64,000 bases of DNA. It comes from Lingula anatina. Taxonomy: Eukaryota > Animalia > Brachiopoda. The notes beneath the pieces are model-generated. The model saw nothing but the letters and a program-made list of their open reading frames with translations. It made no database searches and was not told the origin of the DNA. Below are positions 1 to 12,812 of this stretch, piece after piece. Numbering within the stretch: position 1 is the stretch's first letter; each line of letters begins with the position of its first letter. The DNA lies in contig CM120646.1 of NCBI GenBank assembly GCA_051362555.1, positions 9,114,001 to 9,178,000 on the forward strand, given 5' to 3'. Position numbers and translations under genes: made by a program.

Positions 1-236
1 TCAGGTGCGCTCGCAAACATTTCAAAAATTGTACGCATAATTCCAGACCAAATATATTAAAAATTTACCACATATCCGATCCTAGGTTTCATTTGTCGTA
101 TACGATGTCCCTATGGTGTCCATGTATTGCCCATATGACCCTACTCGCGGGGCGTCCGTCACTTAACTTCAAGGTCATGGGGGAAAATAGTATGTCCCCC
201 TTACCGAATGTAAGCATGCTAGCCCATAGACACATA

Positions 237-451
237 GGGCGTATTCCCAGAGCTTTTAGATCGATCTATCCCCGCGGGGAGTCTCACTAGATTACTGTCA
301 GATAATTCGGCTTAAATGTCCGTCACGCCTACTACAAGCTGGAAGGGGGTAATTAACTTTCGTGTCTGCTCGGCTGACATCTATTTAGCGTGAACCCCCA
401 GGGGGTTAGGTCGATCTAAAGTAGTTCGATCTAATCTCTGGAAATGGGATC
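237..451. mobile_element. 215-bp MITE, PIF/Harbinger-like, copy A
   Basis: Imperfect TIRs (GGGCGTATTCCCAGAG...CTCTGGAAATGGGATC), flanks ATA/TTA. Same length and highly similar internal sequence to 37214-37428. Confidence 0.75.
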
Positions 452-958
452 TTAGACGAATTACTGAATGCAAGTAGATTTTTTGGGTATTTATATTGTG
501 TTTTGCCCATTTGAAATAATTATGTTGTAACATAAAGTGCTGACAGAATCTACGTGGAGTCAAAGTTTGCTGTTGCTATAGGCGATTAATTTTCACATCA
601 AGTAGGCCTATGTTTGCCGACTTGCACGAAATATTGCACATTTTCATTTAATTGTGCACTTAGATCTATTTGCGCGAATAACCAGAATATACATCAGAAA
701 ACATAAAACAGAAGTGCTAATGAATGCAATTTCGTGCTTTTCCACAGGCCATGGGCCTAAAAAAAAGAGTAGTACAGATTGCGGTTTGAAGGACAGAATG
801 ATAATTCAATTATTTTAATTAAAAAATGATTTTTTACGAATTGAGATATTTGGTACTTCACAAAGAAATCTCAACAATATTTAAAAAATGTTCTAGTAAC
901 ATAAAAAGGTAGGCTAACGACGTGAGTGTCACCTCTACCTGAGGTGTGCAATAAGCTA

Positions 959-2103
959 GGGGAGACAGGGGCTAGTTGGACCCCGGTGTAAGTTGGTCCC
1001 CCATCAATTTATGAAAAAGTAACTACGAGGTAAAAAAATTGGCCACATACTCTTGTAAAGTGACTGTAGCCCACAATGCTAAGGAAGTGTCGGACGTTAA
1101 AAAGTTTTACTCAAGCCGTGAGTCGAAATAAACGATTTTTGCACCTAAAAGTAATTTTGTTTAAGAGATTTAAAAATCTTTTTTCATAGGCTTTTGGTCG
1201 AATACATGTATAATGTATGTATAGGGCATCATACTGAAGTTCATTGATTCAAGTTTCACAGAGATGTATCATCGTTGCTCATTCTAGCACCATAAATGGC
1301 TGTTATCCTTTAAAATAAAAAATGTGCACCCGGGGCTAGTTGGCCCCCTTGACTCGGGGCAAGTTGGACCCTCATATTACCCACAAACCTTTGTGCGCAA
1401 CAGAGCTAGAGACCATTGTTGAAACAAACTCAATGGTTTTAAACTGAATTTGTTAGTTTCTTTTAAAAGGAAAATTTATTATTCGTTTTCATTCATTAAT
1501 AACCTGCTTTATACCATTATTAATTTATTCTTAATTAAAACAAAACAAATTTTATTGATAGATATTTTGGTTCTTGCAACACATAGGCACCCCTATTTTT
1601 TCATCAAAGACTCTCAAAAATCAATTTAATAAATTGAAAATGTATAAAAATGTATTTCAAGGTGTATACATGGGATACTTACTTTATTTTCGTAGTGGTA
1701 TCCGTGGTGGGGCAAGTTGGCCCCCCCCTGACGTCAACTGCGTTTTTTGTCAAATTGTGAGCCACCTGGCATTATGTACAGGGGCGGATCCAGAGATATT
1801 TTCTGACAGTCTTCCAAATTATCTTTGTTAATCCATCCTCCATTTTTGACCGTCTTCCGACAGAAAAACTTAGATACCCGTCAATGTAAACTTAAAAATC
1901 TGACCGTCTTCCGAAAGACCCAGAAGACGGCCTAAATCCGCCCCTGATATAGGCCTATATAAAAAAAATAATGACGTTGCATAGGCCTACGTAGCTTAGT
2001 TCATGGGTCTTACTTTGAAACTGGTTTTGTTACTCTATCTCATTCCTAGTTGGCTCTACAAGGCCAAAAGTGTCTAACTGGGCCAACTAGCCCCGGTCTC
2101 CCC
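959..2103. mobile_element. Non-autonomous TA-TSD DNA transposon (Tc1/mariner/pogo-like)
   Basis: TIRs GGGGAGACAGGGGCTAGTTGG...CCAACTAGCCCCGGTCTCCCC with TA on both sides. Repeated internal GGGCWAGTTGGNCC motifs. Empty site seen in the paralog near 40890 (AAGC-CA-CACAAC). Confidence 0.85.
1779..1946. mobile_element. Short MITE with CAGGGGCGGAT TIRs nested in the 959-2103 element
   Basis: CAGGGGCGGAT...ATCCGCCCCTG inverted termini. No clear TSD. Confidence 0.6.
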
Positions 2104-3177
2104 TACACAACGGAGACTGAAATATCGGAGCACAAAAATTGACTTGTTTTATTATAGATTAAAATAGGCTGTTAGTATGACCAAGTCGTTATAAACAGCC
2201 GATGAAATTCTAAAAACATTGAATGACTCTAAATGGAATTTCTTAGGGCCTAATTGCCTATTTGATTTTTCTATATCATTTTGTAAAGTCAGAGTATTTT
2301 ATTGTAGCAAACTGCTAACAACACATTTCTAACAGAGGCGTTACTTTCCAAAGCATAAAAAATATTTGTGTGTGTGTGTGTCGGCCCCGGGGTGGGGGAC
2401 GTAAGGCGTGCGCGGGAACCTCCCTCTCTGGCAATTGTCAATATTGACAGGTATGTAATGGTCCGGGATAATCGAAGAAGTTGAGTTAGAAAAGGTTTAA
2501 TGCTACAGTATTTGTCCTCAGAGTCTGTCTCAACATGATTGTGACGGCGTCCATGAATTTCATCATATTGTGCCAGTGAAGACAGCGATAAATAATAGAG
2601 GGCGCTGATATGATAATCTTTCTTATAATTTCTCCGGAGTATCACAATAATTTTTTATATATTACAGTGCCTGGACCCTAGTCATATCTGTTGCAATGCC
2701 AAACCCCCCCTCCCGCCTTGCACAAGTATCTAGGTGGCAGTCCATTACAAATCCAAGGTCTCACCTCTTGCACAGCGCCATCTACACTCAACAATGTTTA
2801 TATATGGCGCGTGCAAATGGTGACGCTGAAAAGCCGGAATTTTCATCAAACGTTCTGTACACTGAGTGTCATCTTCCATCAGGTCACTTTTCTTGCTTGT
2901 GGTTTTGTTATATATTCTGTTGGTAAACTTTATCGGTGAGTTCAGGATAAGACATATGAAGTGAAGAACACATATGGTATCGACTGTGTTAGTTGTTCAC
3001 TGTTCTCATCACAATGCAATGTAGCACGAAAATTCTTATGCCTGTGACAACACACCAACCATTTAAACTTCGAAGTATTATGATTTGTATTTAGTGCATA
3101 CAATAATCTATAAAGTATACAGGACAAATTTGTATTCTTGCCATTTAGAAGTTTAATCCAATAATTTTTTGTTTTTT

Positions 3178-3251
3178 TTTTCGCCCTCTCTCACCGATTT
3201 CGGGGTCCCCAGAGGATCCGATGTCATTCATAAAAATAAAAAAGTGTGGCC
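3178..3251 (-). mobile_element. Terminal fragment of the GGCCACAC-TIR element family (see 53014-54059)
   Basis: Reverse complement closely matches 53014-53095 and ends in ...AAAGTGTGGCC followed by TTA. Other end not found. Confidence 0.7.
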
Positions 3252-3753
3252 TTACGAAATTTAAAATGCACTTTTTCTGTTATAGTTTTCATATCCCAAT
3301 ATCTCAGCTCCATATAACAAAAGTGGTACTATCAGCTTATCAAAGAGGTCTAGTTGGCAATTAATTGATAAATTTAATTGTCTAGCTTATTTATTAATGC
3401 CAAACATAATTCTTGTCGCCCTCTGTACTACATATTTTTGCGTAGAATAAAATGATTCAGTTCTAGATATAAAAATTCCCAAATTGATATTGAAGATCAT
3501 CTTTGGTCTCTGACACCAGTAATGTATCATCTGCGTAAAGTATCACCATAATTTTGATATACACATCAAGCTCATTTTCAAGCTCATCAGTTACGGTCTG
3601 TAAACCAACAACATTTTTGTTGGATAGAAAATCCTCTAAATCATTAAGATAGAGAGCAAAGGGCAAGGGAGATAAATTTGCCCCTTGTCTAACTCCATTT
3701 TGACAAGGGAAATATTCTGAGAAACGTCCTTTATAAGTAATGTTTGATTTGCA

Positions 3754-3860
3754 TTTATTTTATTATTTTACTCTGTATATTGCTCCAAAAGGAAAATGAT
3801 TTCCGATTTTTATAATTGGCTAAATAAACTCTTATCTTATCTTATATCTTATCTTATCTT
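3754..3860 (+). mobile_element. 5'-truncated Rex1/Babar LINE 3' tail with (TCTTA)n, inserted in the RT fragment
   Basis: Near-identical to the reverse complement of 44829-44925. Confidence 0.8.
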
Positions 3861-4631
3861 ACACATATTCATAATAGACATAATAACCCTTAGGCATTTC
3901 CCACTTATTTGGTAACTAAATCATTTTCTCCATAATCCAATTCTCAATATCTTATTGAAGGCGGGTTTAAAATCTACAAAAGCACAATATAACTTATTCT
4001 TTTTTAAGAATGATAATTCAATCAAAGAGTACAAAGTAAAGATTATTGGCTGTTGAATAATTAGCTCTAAATCTGCTTTGATTCTCCTTCAATATATCTG
4101 TGGGTGAACATATAGAAAGAATTAAACCATGGCATACTGATAAAACCAACGAATATAATAGAAATATTGACTTAGCTTGTATTATTGATACACAGAATGT
4201 TATCGAGAGATTGGATCTTGGCAGTGTGGAGAAAAATGAAGTTGATTCAGTTTCTAAAAAGAAAGCTGAAGTATTGTTGAGTTCAGCTAAGAAAACATTT
4301 GGATCTTATAGACATAACAACAATAAAACTAAATATACTTTGAAAAAGTATAAAGAATGGTTCGGCAATGAGTGCCATATCACACGTAAGGAGTACTGTA
4401 AATGTCATCGTAAATATAAGAAATTTGGATCCACTTTATTTAAACAAGGGGTTCTTGATGCTCAGAAACATAAAACTGTAGTGGATAAATCTTTTACTAA
4501 TTATAGATACCAATTACAAAATAAGATTAAGAATATGTGAAGTAAAAATCCAAAAGAATATTGGAAATTGTTGAATGTAAAAGAAAAAAGTCCTGTAGTA
4601 ATGGTGCAGTAGATCTAGGTGTAGATGATTT

Positions 4632-4903
4632 TTACCCCCGCCAAGGAGGCTATGTTTTCACCCCTGTTTGTTTGTCTGTCTGTCTGTCTGTCTGTTTGTC
4701 ATCAACATAACTCAAAGAGTTATGGATGAATTTCGATGGAATTATTCATGGTAGGTCAGAAATGGGTTAACTTAGAAGTGATTAGTTTTTGGTGGTGATC
4801 TGGATCAATAATCAAAATTTAGAAAATTTAGGGGTGAAATGACATAGGATGGAGACTTTGCTGCCTTGGTGAAGGTCTGCGCACTCTTAGTGCTTTTCTA
4901 GTT
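4632..4903 (+). mobile_element. Short non-autonomous Helentron-type element (HINE)
   Basis: 5' TTACCCCCGCCAAGG, (GTCT)n microsatellite, 3' CCTTGGTGAAGG subTIR, GCACTCTTAGTGC hairpin and CTAGTT end. Inserted in a T-run; removal restores the LINE codons DDFYEYF. Confidence 0.85.
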
Positions 4904-6146
4904 ATGAATATTTCAAGAAGGTTAATGCTAATACTAATGATGATACAGATTTACTTTTTATAGACACTGACCAGACCTTTGATGATAGTTCATATATGAA
5001 TGAACCTATATCGGTTGATGAAGTTGTAAATACTGTGAAATTACTCAGAAATAATAAGTCACCAGGACCAGACACATTACTAAATAAATACATAAAATCA
5101 TCTAAACATATTATGGCACCATTATATGTCAAACATTTTAAAGTAGTATTTAATTCTGGAATTGTACCAGATGCATAGTATAATGGACTCCTTAAGCCAA
5201 TATATAAAAAAAAGGATCAGCTCATGAACCATAAAACTACAGGCCTATTTCCTTGTTAAGTAGTTTAGGCAAGGTGTTCACATCGATTCTGAGCAAAAGG
5301 CTAACTACTTACTCAGATAGCACAGATATATTAAAGGAAAATCAAAGCGGATTTAGAGCTAATTATTCAACAGCCGATAATATCTTTACTTTGTACTCTT
5401 TGATTGAATTATCATTCTTAAAAAAGAATAAGTTATATTGTGCTTTTGTAGATCCACTTGATTGAATTATCATTCTTAAAAAAGAATAAGTTATATTGTG
5501 CTTTTGTAGATCCACTTGGTTTTGGGCTTACCAATCCACTAACACATCCAGTGTTCGGGTCAAACAATCGATTGTCAATGTTAAGTTTGTCAACCTTCAA
5601 GACAGCTTTCTTATCCTGTCTCTTAGCTTCCTTTAGGTGCGGAATCAGCATCTTTCTTCGTTTGTTAATTTCCTTAGGAAATTGCTCATTGATTCCGAAT
5701 CATTTTCCCTTCTGCACTCATTAGGCGGCTTTCCTCACCATTTCCTTGTCCTTAAATGACCCACACTTAGCGATGATTGGCCTATGTTTTCCCCTGTGTA
5801 TGCTTTTCCATGCGGTGAACAATACAATACAATACAATACAATAAATTTGATTTCATGTCAGTTATAAATTGAATGGAAACATTAGCTTTACAGCTATTC
5901 TCCTTTCAAACCTTTCAAATTTTATTTCGTCAATGATTCCCAGAAACTACTATAAACGCACCACTTTCTTATCAGTACTGGTATAGTATATGCTTCAGCC
6001 TTGACTAACAACAACACTTTATTTTGAAGTTTTTTTTTTTTAATAAATTTACTGAAATTTCATTATTTTAATATTTTGGATCTTAAGGAAAAAACCTGAT
6101 CACTGACTTTTTTGTCTTTTCCAGTCCTTCATCTGTCCATCATCAT

Positions 6147-6640
6147 CTGCCACAATGGTACACAATGACTCCAGACTACTACACTGTCCTAGCAGGCACA
6201 GGACTATACTGCCACAATGGTACACAATGACTCCAGACTATTGCACTGTACTAGCAGGCACAGGATTATACTGCCACAATGGAACACAATGACTCCAGAC
6301 TACTACACTGTCCTAGCAGGCACAGGACTATACTGCCACAATGGTACACAATGACTCCAGACTACTACACTGTCCTAGCAGGCACAGGACTATATTGCCA
6401 CAATGGTACACAATGACTCCAGACTACTACACTGTCCTAGCAGGCATAGGACTATACTGCCACAATGGTACACAATGACTCCAGACTACTACACTGTCCT
6501 AGCAGGCACAGGACTATACTGCAACAATGGAACACAATGACTCCAGACTACTACACTGTCCTAGCAGGCACAGGACTATATTGCCACAATGGAACACAAT
6601 GACTCAAGACTACTACACTGTACTAGGAGACACAGGACTA
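6147..6640. repeat. 62-bp minisatellite, 8 copies
   Basis: Unit CTGCCACAATGGTACACAATGACTCCAGACTACTACACTGTCCTAGCAGGCACAGGACTATA. Confidence 0.95.
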
Positions 6641-7009
6641 CTGAACTTCACATGTAACAGACAAACAAGATGATGGATGCAGCAATTTTCAAGACCGTCA
6701 AATAACAATATGAGTTTCATGAATCAAATTTTCTTACCTTTCTATGTAGGGACATTAGCTTTTTTTGTATTATTTGTTTTACTTTAAATTTACTTACTGG
6801 CTTTGTTTGGCAAAGAAGCAGGTTTTGGCACAATCGTTTTACATTTACGGTAATTATTCCTGGTTTTTTGCACTACTTATGGTGATTTTCACCCCGTAAC
6901 TGCCAAACCTTATTTTTGTTTTATATTAAGTTTACTGTGTGGCTTTGTTTGGTAAAGAGGCAGGTTGCTTTTGAAAAGCAGCCTGATTGGTTTACATTTA
7001 TGGTAATTA

Positions 7010-9320
7010 TTGTACCACCAGCGTTAGCGCTGGCGGTACACATGGTTTCGGTCTCGTCCGGATCGTTCCGCCGGCTCTGCCGGCTCCGCCGGACGGCTAC
7101 CGTTACCGCTTCTCCTCCTAGATGGTAAGGGCCCCCGTACCCATCTCTTGGATTTAGGTCACCTATAATCTCAGCTCGTTCCACGTAAAATTTGGGCTTT
7201 GCCCGTATTGGGGTCTGGGTGTGGCACTCATTGCAATGCACCCTTGTCCAAAAATGGCAAAATTAAATGCTAATTATCTACCCTACGGAAGGGGTTATGG
7301 GAAAAATTTCTACAGACGGCTTTCCAAAAGTCATATGTGTAGATTTCAAATATGCCCTTGGATTTGACCTTTGACCTTTACTTCAAGGTCAAACGGGCCA
7401 AAATTTTTAAAAAAATAATATTTTTTATGAAAAAAATTTTTTTTGCCCTGTTATTCAGACACCACACAGACTTAACCAATAATATTATTGGAAAGTGTTA
7501 CCCTTCAGGTCATCTTTCATCTCCGTGAATTTGGGGTCAATCGGTGCATTTTCACTGGAGTAACGGCCATAAGATGCCGAAACTGAAAACTGTCTCTAAT
7601 TCGGGAACCGTTAACGCTAGAGACCCATTCTTTTTTGCATTTTGTAGAGAATGTAAAGCCCAACCCTGTAGGTGGTCTCCGTTTTTTTTGTATTCCAAAC
7701 GGTTTTCGAGTTACGCTATCAAAAAGTACATATTGGTGGTGAAAGCAAAATGTGCAGTACGGTATAGTCAGGTGGCTCAGTCCAAATTTTTTCCAGAATT
7801 GTGCAATAGATGATAAAAGCATGAACCTTTCCCCGATGAAAGGTGTTCATCTATTTTGGATCAGGGGGTTGACAAACACCCAATGGTCATTCATCGTGGA
7901 AAATTTCATGCTGTTATCATCTTTTGCACAATTCTGGATAAAATTTGGACTGAGCCGCCTGACTACTTTTCACCATGAACTAAACTTTGCATATTTTGCT
8001 TCCCTTTCATATCCAAAACTGGCAGAGATAGGTCCATAGTTACTATTGGACTTGAATAGGAAGTCATATACTGGCAATCTAAATGTGACCTTGAAATTGA
8101 CCTTTGACCTACTTTTCACCATGAACTAACCTTTGCAAATTTTGTTTCCCTTTTATCTCCAAAACTGGCGGTGATAGGTCCATAGTTACTATTGAATTTA
8201 AATAGGAAGTCATATACTGGCAATCTAAATGTGACCTTGAAATTGACCGTTGACTTACTTTTCACCATGAACTGAACTTTGCAAATTTTGCATCCCTTTT
8301 ATCTCCCAAACTGGCAGAGATAGGTCCATAGTTACTATTGAACTTGAATGGGAAGTCATATACTGGCAATCTAAATGTGACCTTGAAATTGACCTTTGAC
8401 CTACTTTTTACCATGAACTGAACTCTGCAAATTTTGCTGCCCTTTTTTCTCCAAAACTGGCAGAGATAGGTCCATAGTTACTATTGAACTTTAATAGGAA
8501 GTCATATACTGGCAATCCAAATGTGACCTTGAAATTGACATTTGACCTACTTTTCACCATGAACTGAACTTTGCAAATTTTGCTGGCCTTTTATCTCCAA
8601 AACTGGCAGAGATAGGTCCATAGTTACTATTGAAGTTGAATAGGAAGTCATATACTGGCAATCTAAATGTGACCTTGAAATTGACCTTTGACCTACTTTT
8701 CACCATGAACTGAACTTTGCAAATTTTGCTTCCCTTTTATCTCCAAAACTGGCAGAGATAGGTCCATAGTTACTATTGAAGTTGAATAGGAAGCCATACA
8801 CTGGCAATCTAAATGTGACATTGAAATTGACCTTTGACCTACTTTTCCCCCTGAACTGAACTTTGAAAATTTTGCTTCCCTTTCATATCCAAAACTGGCA
8901 GAGATAGGTCCATAGTTACTATTGAACTAGAATAGGAAGTCATACACTGGCAATCTAAATGTGACCTTGAAATTGACCGTTGACCTACTTTTCACCATGA
9001 ACTGAACTTTGCAAATTTTGCTTCCCTTTTATCTCCCAAACTGGCAGAGATAGGTCCAAAGTTACTTTTGAAGTTGAATAGGAAGTCATATACTGGCAAT
9101 CTTACTGTGAAATTGACCTTTCACCTACCTTTTGATGAACTTTTGATATATTCTTTTGCATATTTTGAAAATTCTTGTTGATTGCATTTTTACAGCTTGT
9201 CAAGCAAAAGACTGGTGGCTGTGTCCCTTATTTTGTGTATGTGGGGGTCTATACGAATGCGCTTGCTCCAGCTGGTGGTACAATATTCGGAGGCGGTATC
9301 GCCTCTCTGATCCTCTAGTT
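7010..9320 (+). mobile_element. Non-autonomous Helentron/HINE with central satellite array, copy 1
   Basis: 5' subTIR TTGTACCACCAGC followed by inverted GCTGGCGGTACA, CCGG-rich microsatellite, 146-bp array, 3' subTIR GCTGGTGGTACAA, hairpin GAGGCGGTATCGCCTC, CTAGTT end. TT insertion site, no TSD. Confidence 0.9.
7963..9130. repeat. 146-bp satellite array, 8 units
   Basis: Unit starts at 7963, 8109, 8255, 8401, 8547, 8693, 8839, 8985. Contains TGACCTTGAAATTGACCTTTGACC. Confidence 0.95.
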
Positions 9321-10777
9321 CTGTTTTATTTTTGTTTGAATATTTTATCTTTCACATATAGCATTATCAGTGTCTTTTTTAGCCCATGAAACTGAATTAC
9401 TTGCTATTTTTTCAATATCTGTGTTACTAAGTGTATCTTAGTACTCGCTCTTTGATGTTTTGAACGTTTTCATTGCTGGAAATTGTGGATAGCCTCATGT
9501 TTATTAAGTTCAGTATAGCATTGATGACACTTTCTGAGTGGTTAGATTTGCAGTGAATGTACAGTATTACTTTCCTTTTATCCAAGTTGTTTCCTTGTGG
9601 ATGTTAAATTTGTGGTAATCTTGTTGCCTTTTGAATTTACATAACAATTAATGGAAATTGCTCATTAAATTTAGATGTGAATATCAGGAATTTTAAAACT
9701 TATCTACCAATTTTGCCTCTTTAAAAATTATACTTCTCTATTTAAGATACTCAAATTCTATTTACTTTGCCCATTTCATTTATAAGGCTTATACATGTAG
9801 CTCCACATAGCAAGCATCACCATTAATTGTACCACCAGCGTTAGCGCTGGCGGTACACATGGTTTCAGTCCCGTCCAGATCATTCCGCCGGCTCCGCTGG
9901 ACGGCTACCGTTACCGCTTCTCCTCCTAGACGGTAAGGGCCCCCGTACCCATCTCTTGGATTTAGGTCACCTATAATCTCAGCTCGTTCCACGTAAAATT
10001 TGGGCTTTGCCCGTATTGGGGTCTGGGTGTGGCACTCATTGCAATGCACCCTTGTCCAAAAATGGCAAAATTAAATGCTAATTATCTACCCTACGGAAGG
10101 GGTTATGGGAAAAATTTCTACAGACGGCTTTCCAAAAGTCATATGTGTAGATTTCAAATATGCCCTTGGATTTGACCTTTGACCTTTACTTCAAGGTCAA
10201 ACGGGCCAAAATTTTCAAAAAAATAATATTTTTTATGAAAAAAAAATTTTTTGCCCTGTTGTTCAGACACCACACAGACTTAATCAATAATATTATTGGA
10301 AAGTGTTACCCTTCAGGTCATCTTTCATCTCCGTGAATTTGGGGTCAATTGGTGCATTTTCACTGGAGTAACGGCCATAAGATGCCGAAACTGAAAACTG
10401 TCTCTAATTCGGGAACCGTTAATGCTAGAGACCCATTCTTTTTTGCATTTTGTAGAGCATGTAAAGCCCAACACTGTAGGTGGTCTCTGTTTTTTTGTAT
10501 TCCAAACGGTTTTCGAGTTACGCTATCAAAAAGTACATATTGGTGGTGAAAGCAAAATGTGCAGTACGGTATAGTCAGGTGGCTAAGTCCAAATTTTATC
10601 CAGAATTGTGCAATAGATGATAAAAGCATGAAACTTTCCCCGATGAATAACCATTGGGTGTTCATCTATTTTGGATCAGGGGGTTGACAAACACCCAATG
10701 GTCATTCATCGTGGAAAATTTCATGCTGTTATCATCTTTTGCACAATTCTGGATAAAATTTGGACTGAGCCGCCTGA

Positions 10778-12090
10778 CTACTTTTCACCATGAACTAAAC
10801 TTTGCATATTTTGCTTCCCTTTCATATCCAAAACTGGCAGAGATAGGTCCATAGTTACTATTGGACTTGAATAGGAAGTCATATACTGGCAATCTAAATG
10901 TGACCTTGAAATTGACCTTTGACCTACTTTTCACCATGAACTAACCTTTGCAAATTTTGTTTCCCTTTTATCTCCCAAACTGGCAGAGATAGGTCCATAG
11001 TTACTATTGAACTTGAATGGGAAGTCATATACTGGCAATCTAAATATGACCTTGAAATTGACCTTTGACCTACTTTTCACCATGAACTGAACTCTGCAAA
11101 TTTTGCATCCCTTTTATCTCCAAAACTGGCAGAGATAGGTCCATAGTTACTATTGAACTTTAATAGGAAGTCATATACTGGCAATCCAAATGTGACCTTG
11201 AAATTGACATTTGACCTACTTTTCTCCATGAACTGAACTTTGCAAATTTTGCTGCCCTTTTATCTCCATAACTGGCAGAGATAGGTCCATAGTTACTATT
11301 GAACTTTAATAGGAAGTCATATACTGGCAATCCAAATGTGACCTTGAAATTGACCTTTGACCTACTTTTCACCATGAACTGAACTTTGCAAATTTTGCTT
11401 CCCTTTTATCTCCAAAACTGGCAGAGATAGGTCCATAGTTTCTATTGAACTTGAATAGGAAGTCATACACTGGCAATCTAAATGTGACCTTGAAATTGAC
11501 CTTTGACCTACTTTTCACTTTGAACTGAACTTTCCAAATTTTGCTTCCCTTTTATCTCCAAAACTGGCAGAGATAGGTCCATAGTTACTATTGAACTTGA
11601 ATAGGAAGTCATATACTGGCAATCTAAATGTGACCTTGAAATTGACCTTTGACCTACTTTTCACCATGAACTGAACTTTGCAAATTTTGCTTCCCTTTTA
11701 TCTCCAAAACTGGCAGAGATAGGTCCATAGTTACTATTGAAGTTGAATAGGAAGCCATACACTGGCAATCTAAATGTGACATTGAAATTGACCTTTGACC
11801 TACTTTTCACCATGAACTGAACTTTGAAAATTTTGCTTCCCTTTCATATCCAAAACTGGCCGAGATAGGTACATAGTTACTATTGAACTAGAATAGGAAG
11901 TCATACACTGGCAATCTAAATGTGACCTTGAAATTGACCGTTGACTTACTTTTCACCATGAACTGAACTTTGCAAATTTTGCTTCCCTTTTATCTCCCAA
12001 ACTGGCAGAGATAGGTCCAAAGTTACTTTTGAAGTTGAATAGGAAGTCATATACTGGCAATCTTACTGTGAAATTGACCTTTCACCTACC
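10778..12090. repeat. 146-bp satellite array, 9 units
   Basis: Unit starts every 146 bp from 10778 to 11946. Confidence 0.95.
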
Positions 12091-12254
12091 TTTTGATGAT
12101 TTTTTGATATATTTTTTTGCATATTTTTTGCAAATTCTTGTTGATTGCATTTTTACAGCTTGTCAAGCAAAAGACTGGTGGCTGTGTCCCTTATTTTGTG
12201 TATGTGGGGGTCTATACGAATGCGCTTGCTCCAGCTGGTGGTACAATATTCGGA

Positions 12255-12812
12255 TGTCGGGTCCGACATAAAGATCATACGAAGTAATATGACGTAATAT
12301 GTTATAGTGCAATAGCTTTTGAGTAATGCGGCGGTCTCTATGTATGACGCCGAAGTAAAGAAATTAATTATACAATTAAAGGTAATTATGTTTGGCGTAC
12401 ATCTCATACTAGTGCAGCACTGGATCCATGTAAAGATAACAAAATAGTATTTAAAGTAAGTGATGAGAATTGAACGGGGAGTTATATTGGAGTCATGTAG
12501 AAGGAAGCAGCGGAGGAGGAGATTGGAAGCGACGGAGCACGGAGCTGATGAGTTAAGAGTTGGAGGCTTCACTTAGAATATGTAGTTACCTAGCGTCAAC
12601 GAATAAATAATTTAACTGGTCATTATGTGGACTTGGGTTTTCTTTGCGCGACCTTACGTAAATCTGACACGAACCGTGGAATTTTGAATCGCGTTATCCA
12701 CTGAGTAAGTCTAAAACGTAATGTCCTATTTCGAGCCCACGCTTGAATTAAGCGTTCAAAATTATATAAGTTTAGGACATTCATCATAGGCATATGTAAA
12801 AGGTTCATTACA
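12255..12812 (+). mobile_element. Solo LTR (Gypsy-like, 558 bp)
   Basis: TGT...ACA termini, perfect 4-bp TSD CGGA (12251-12254 / 12813-12816), AATAAA at 12602. Absent from the paralogous HINE (ATTCGGAGGCGG near 9290). Confidence 0.8.

Larger units (their letters stand above)
529..2655. repeat. Unclassified dispersed repeat, copy 1, carrying a nested DNA transposon
   Basis: Collinear with 40459-42325 (e.g. GATTAATTTTCACATCAAGTA, GGGGGACGTAAGGCGTGCGCGGGAA, ATAATTTCTCCGGAGTATCA) once the nested insertions are removed. Confidence 0.85.
3258..5820 (-). mobile_element. Decayed, internally inverted RTE-X/CR1-like LINE
   Basis: Minus 5520-5820: ORF1 C-terminus (RPIIAK...EQFPKEINKRRKMLIPHLKEAK...LKVDKL). 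Plus 4100-5450: EN-RT linker and RT start (KEWF, NPKEYWKLLN, NNKSPGPD, NQSGFRANYST). Minus 3258-4098: RT (GVRQGANLSP, ILYADD, LFDKLIVPLLLYGAE). Many stops and frameshifts. Confidence 0.8.

Noticed and set aside
6916-12572. Duplicated ORFs inside the two HINEs (e.g. MHCNECHTQTP...)
   Set aside because: Duplicated only because the element is duplicated. Frames differ between copies by indels and no domain motif is present.
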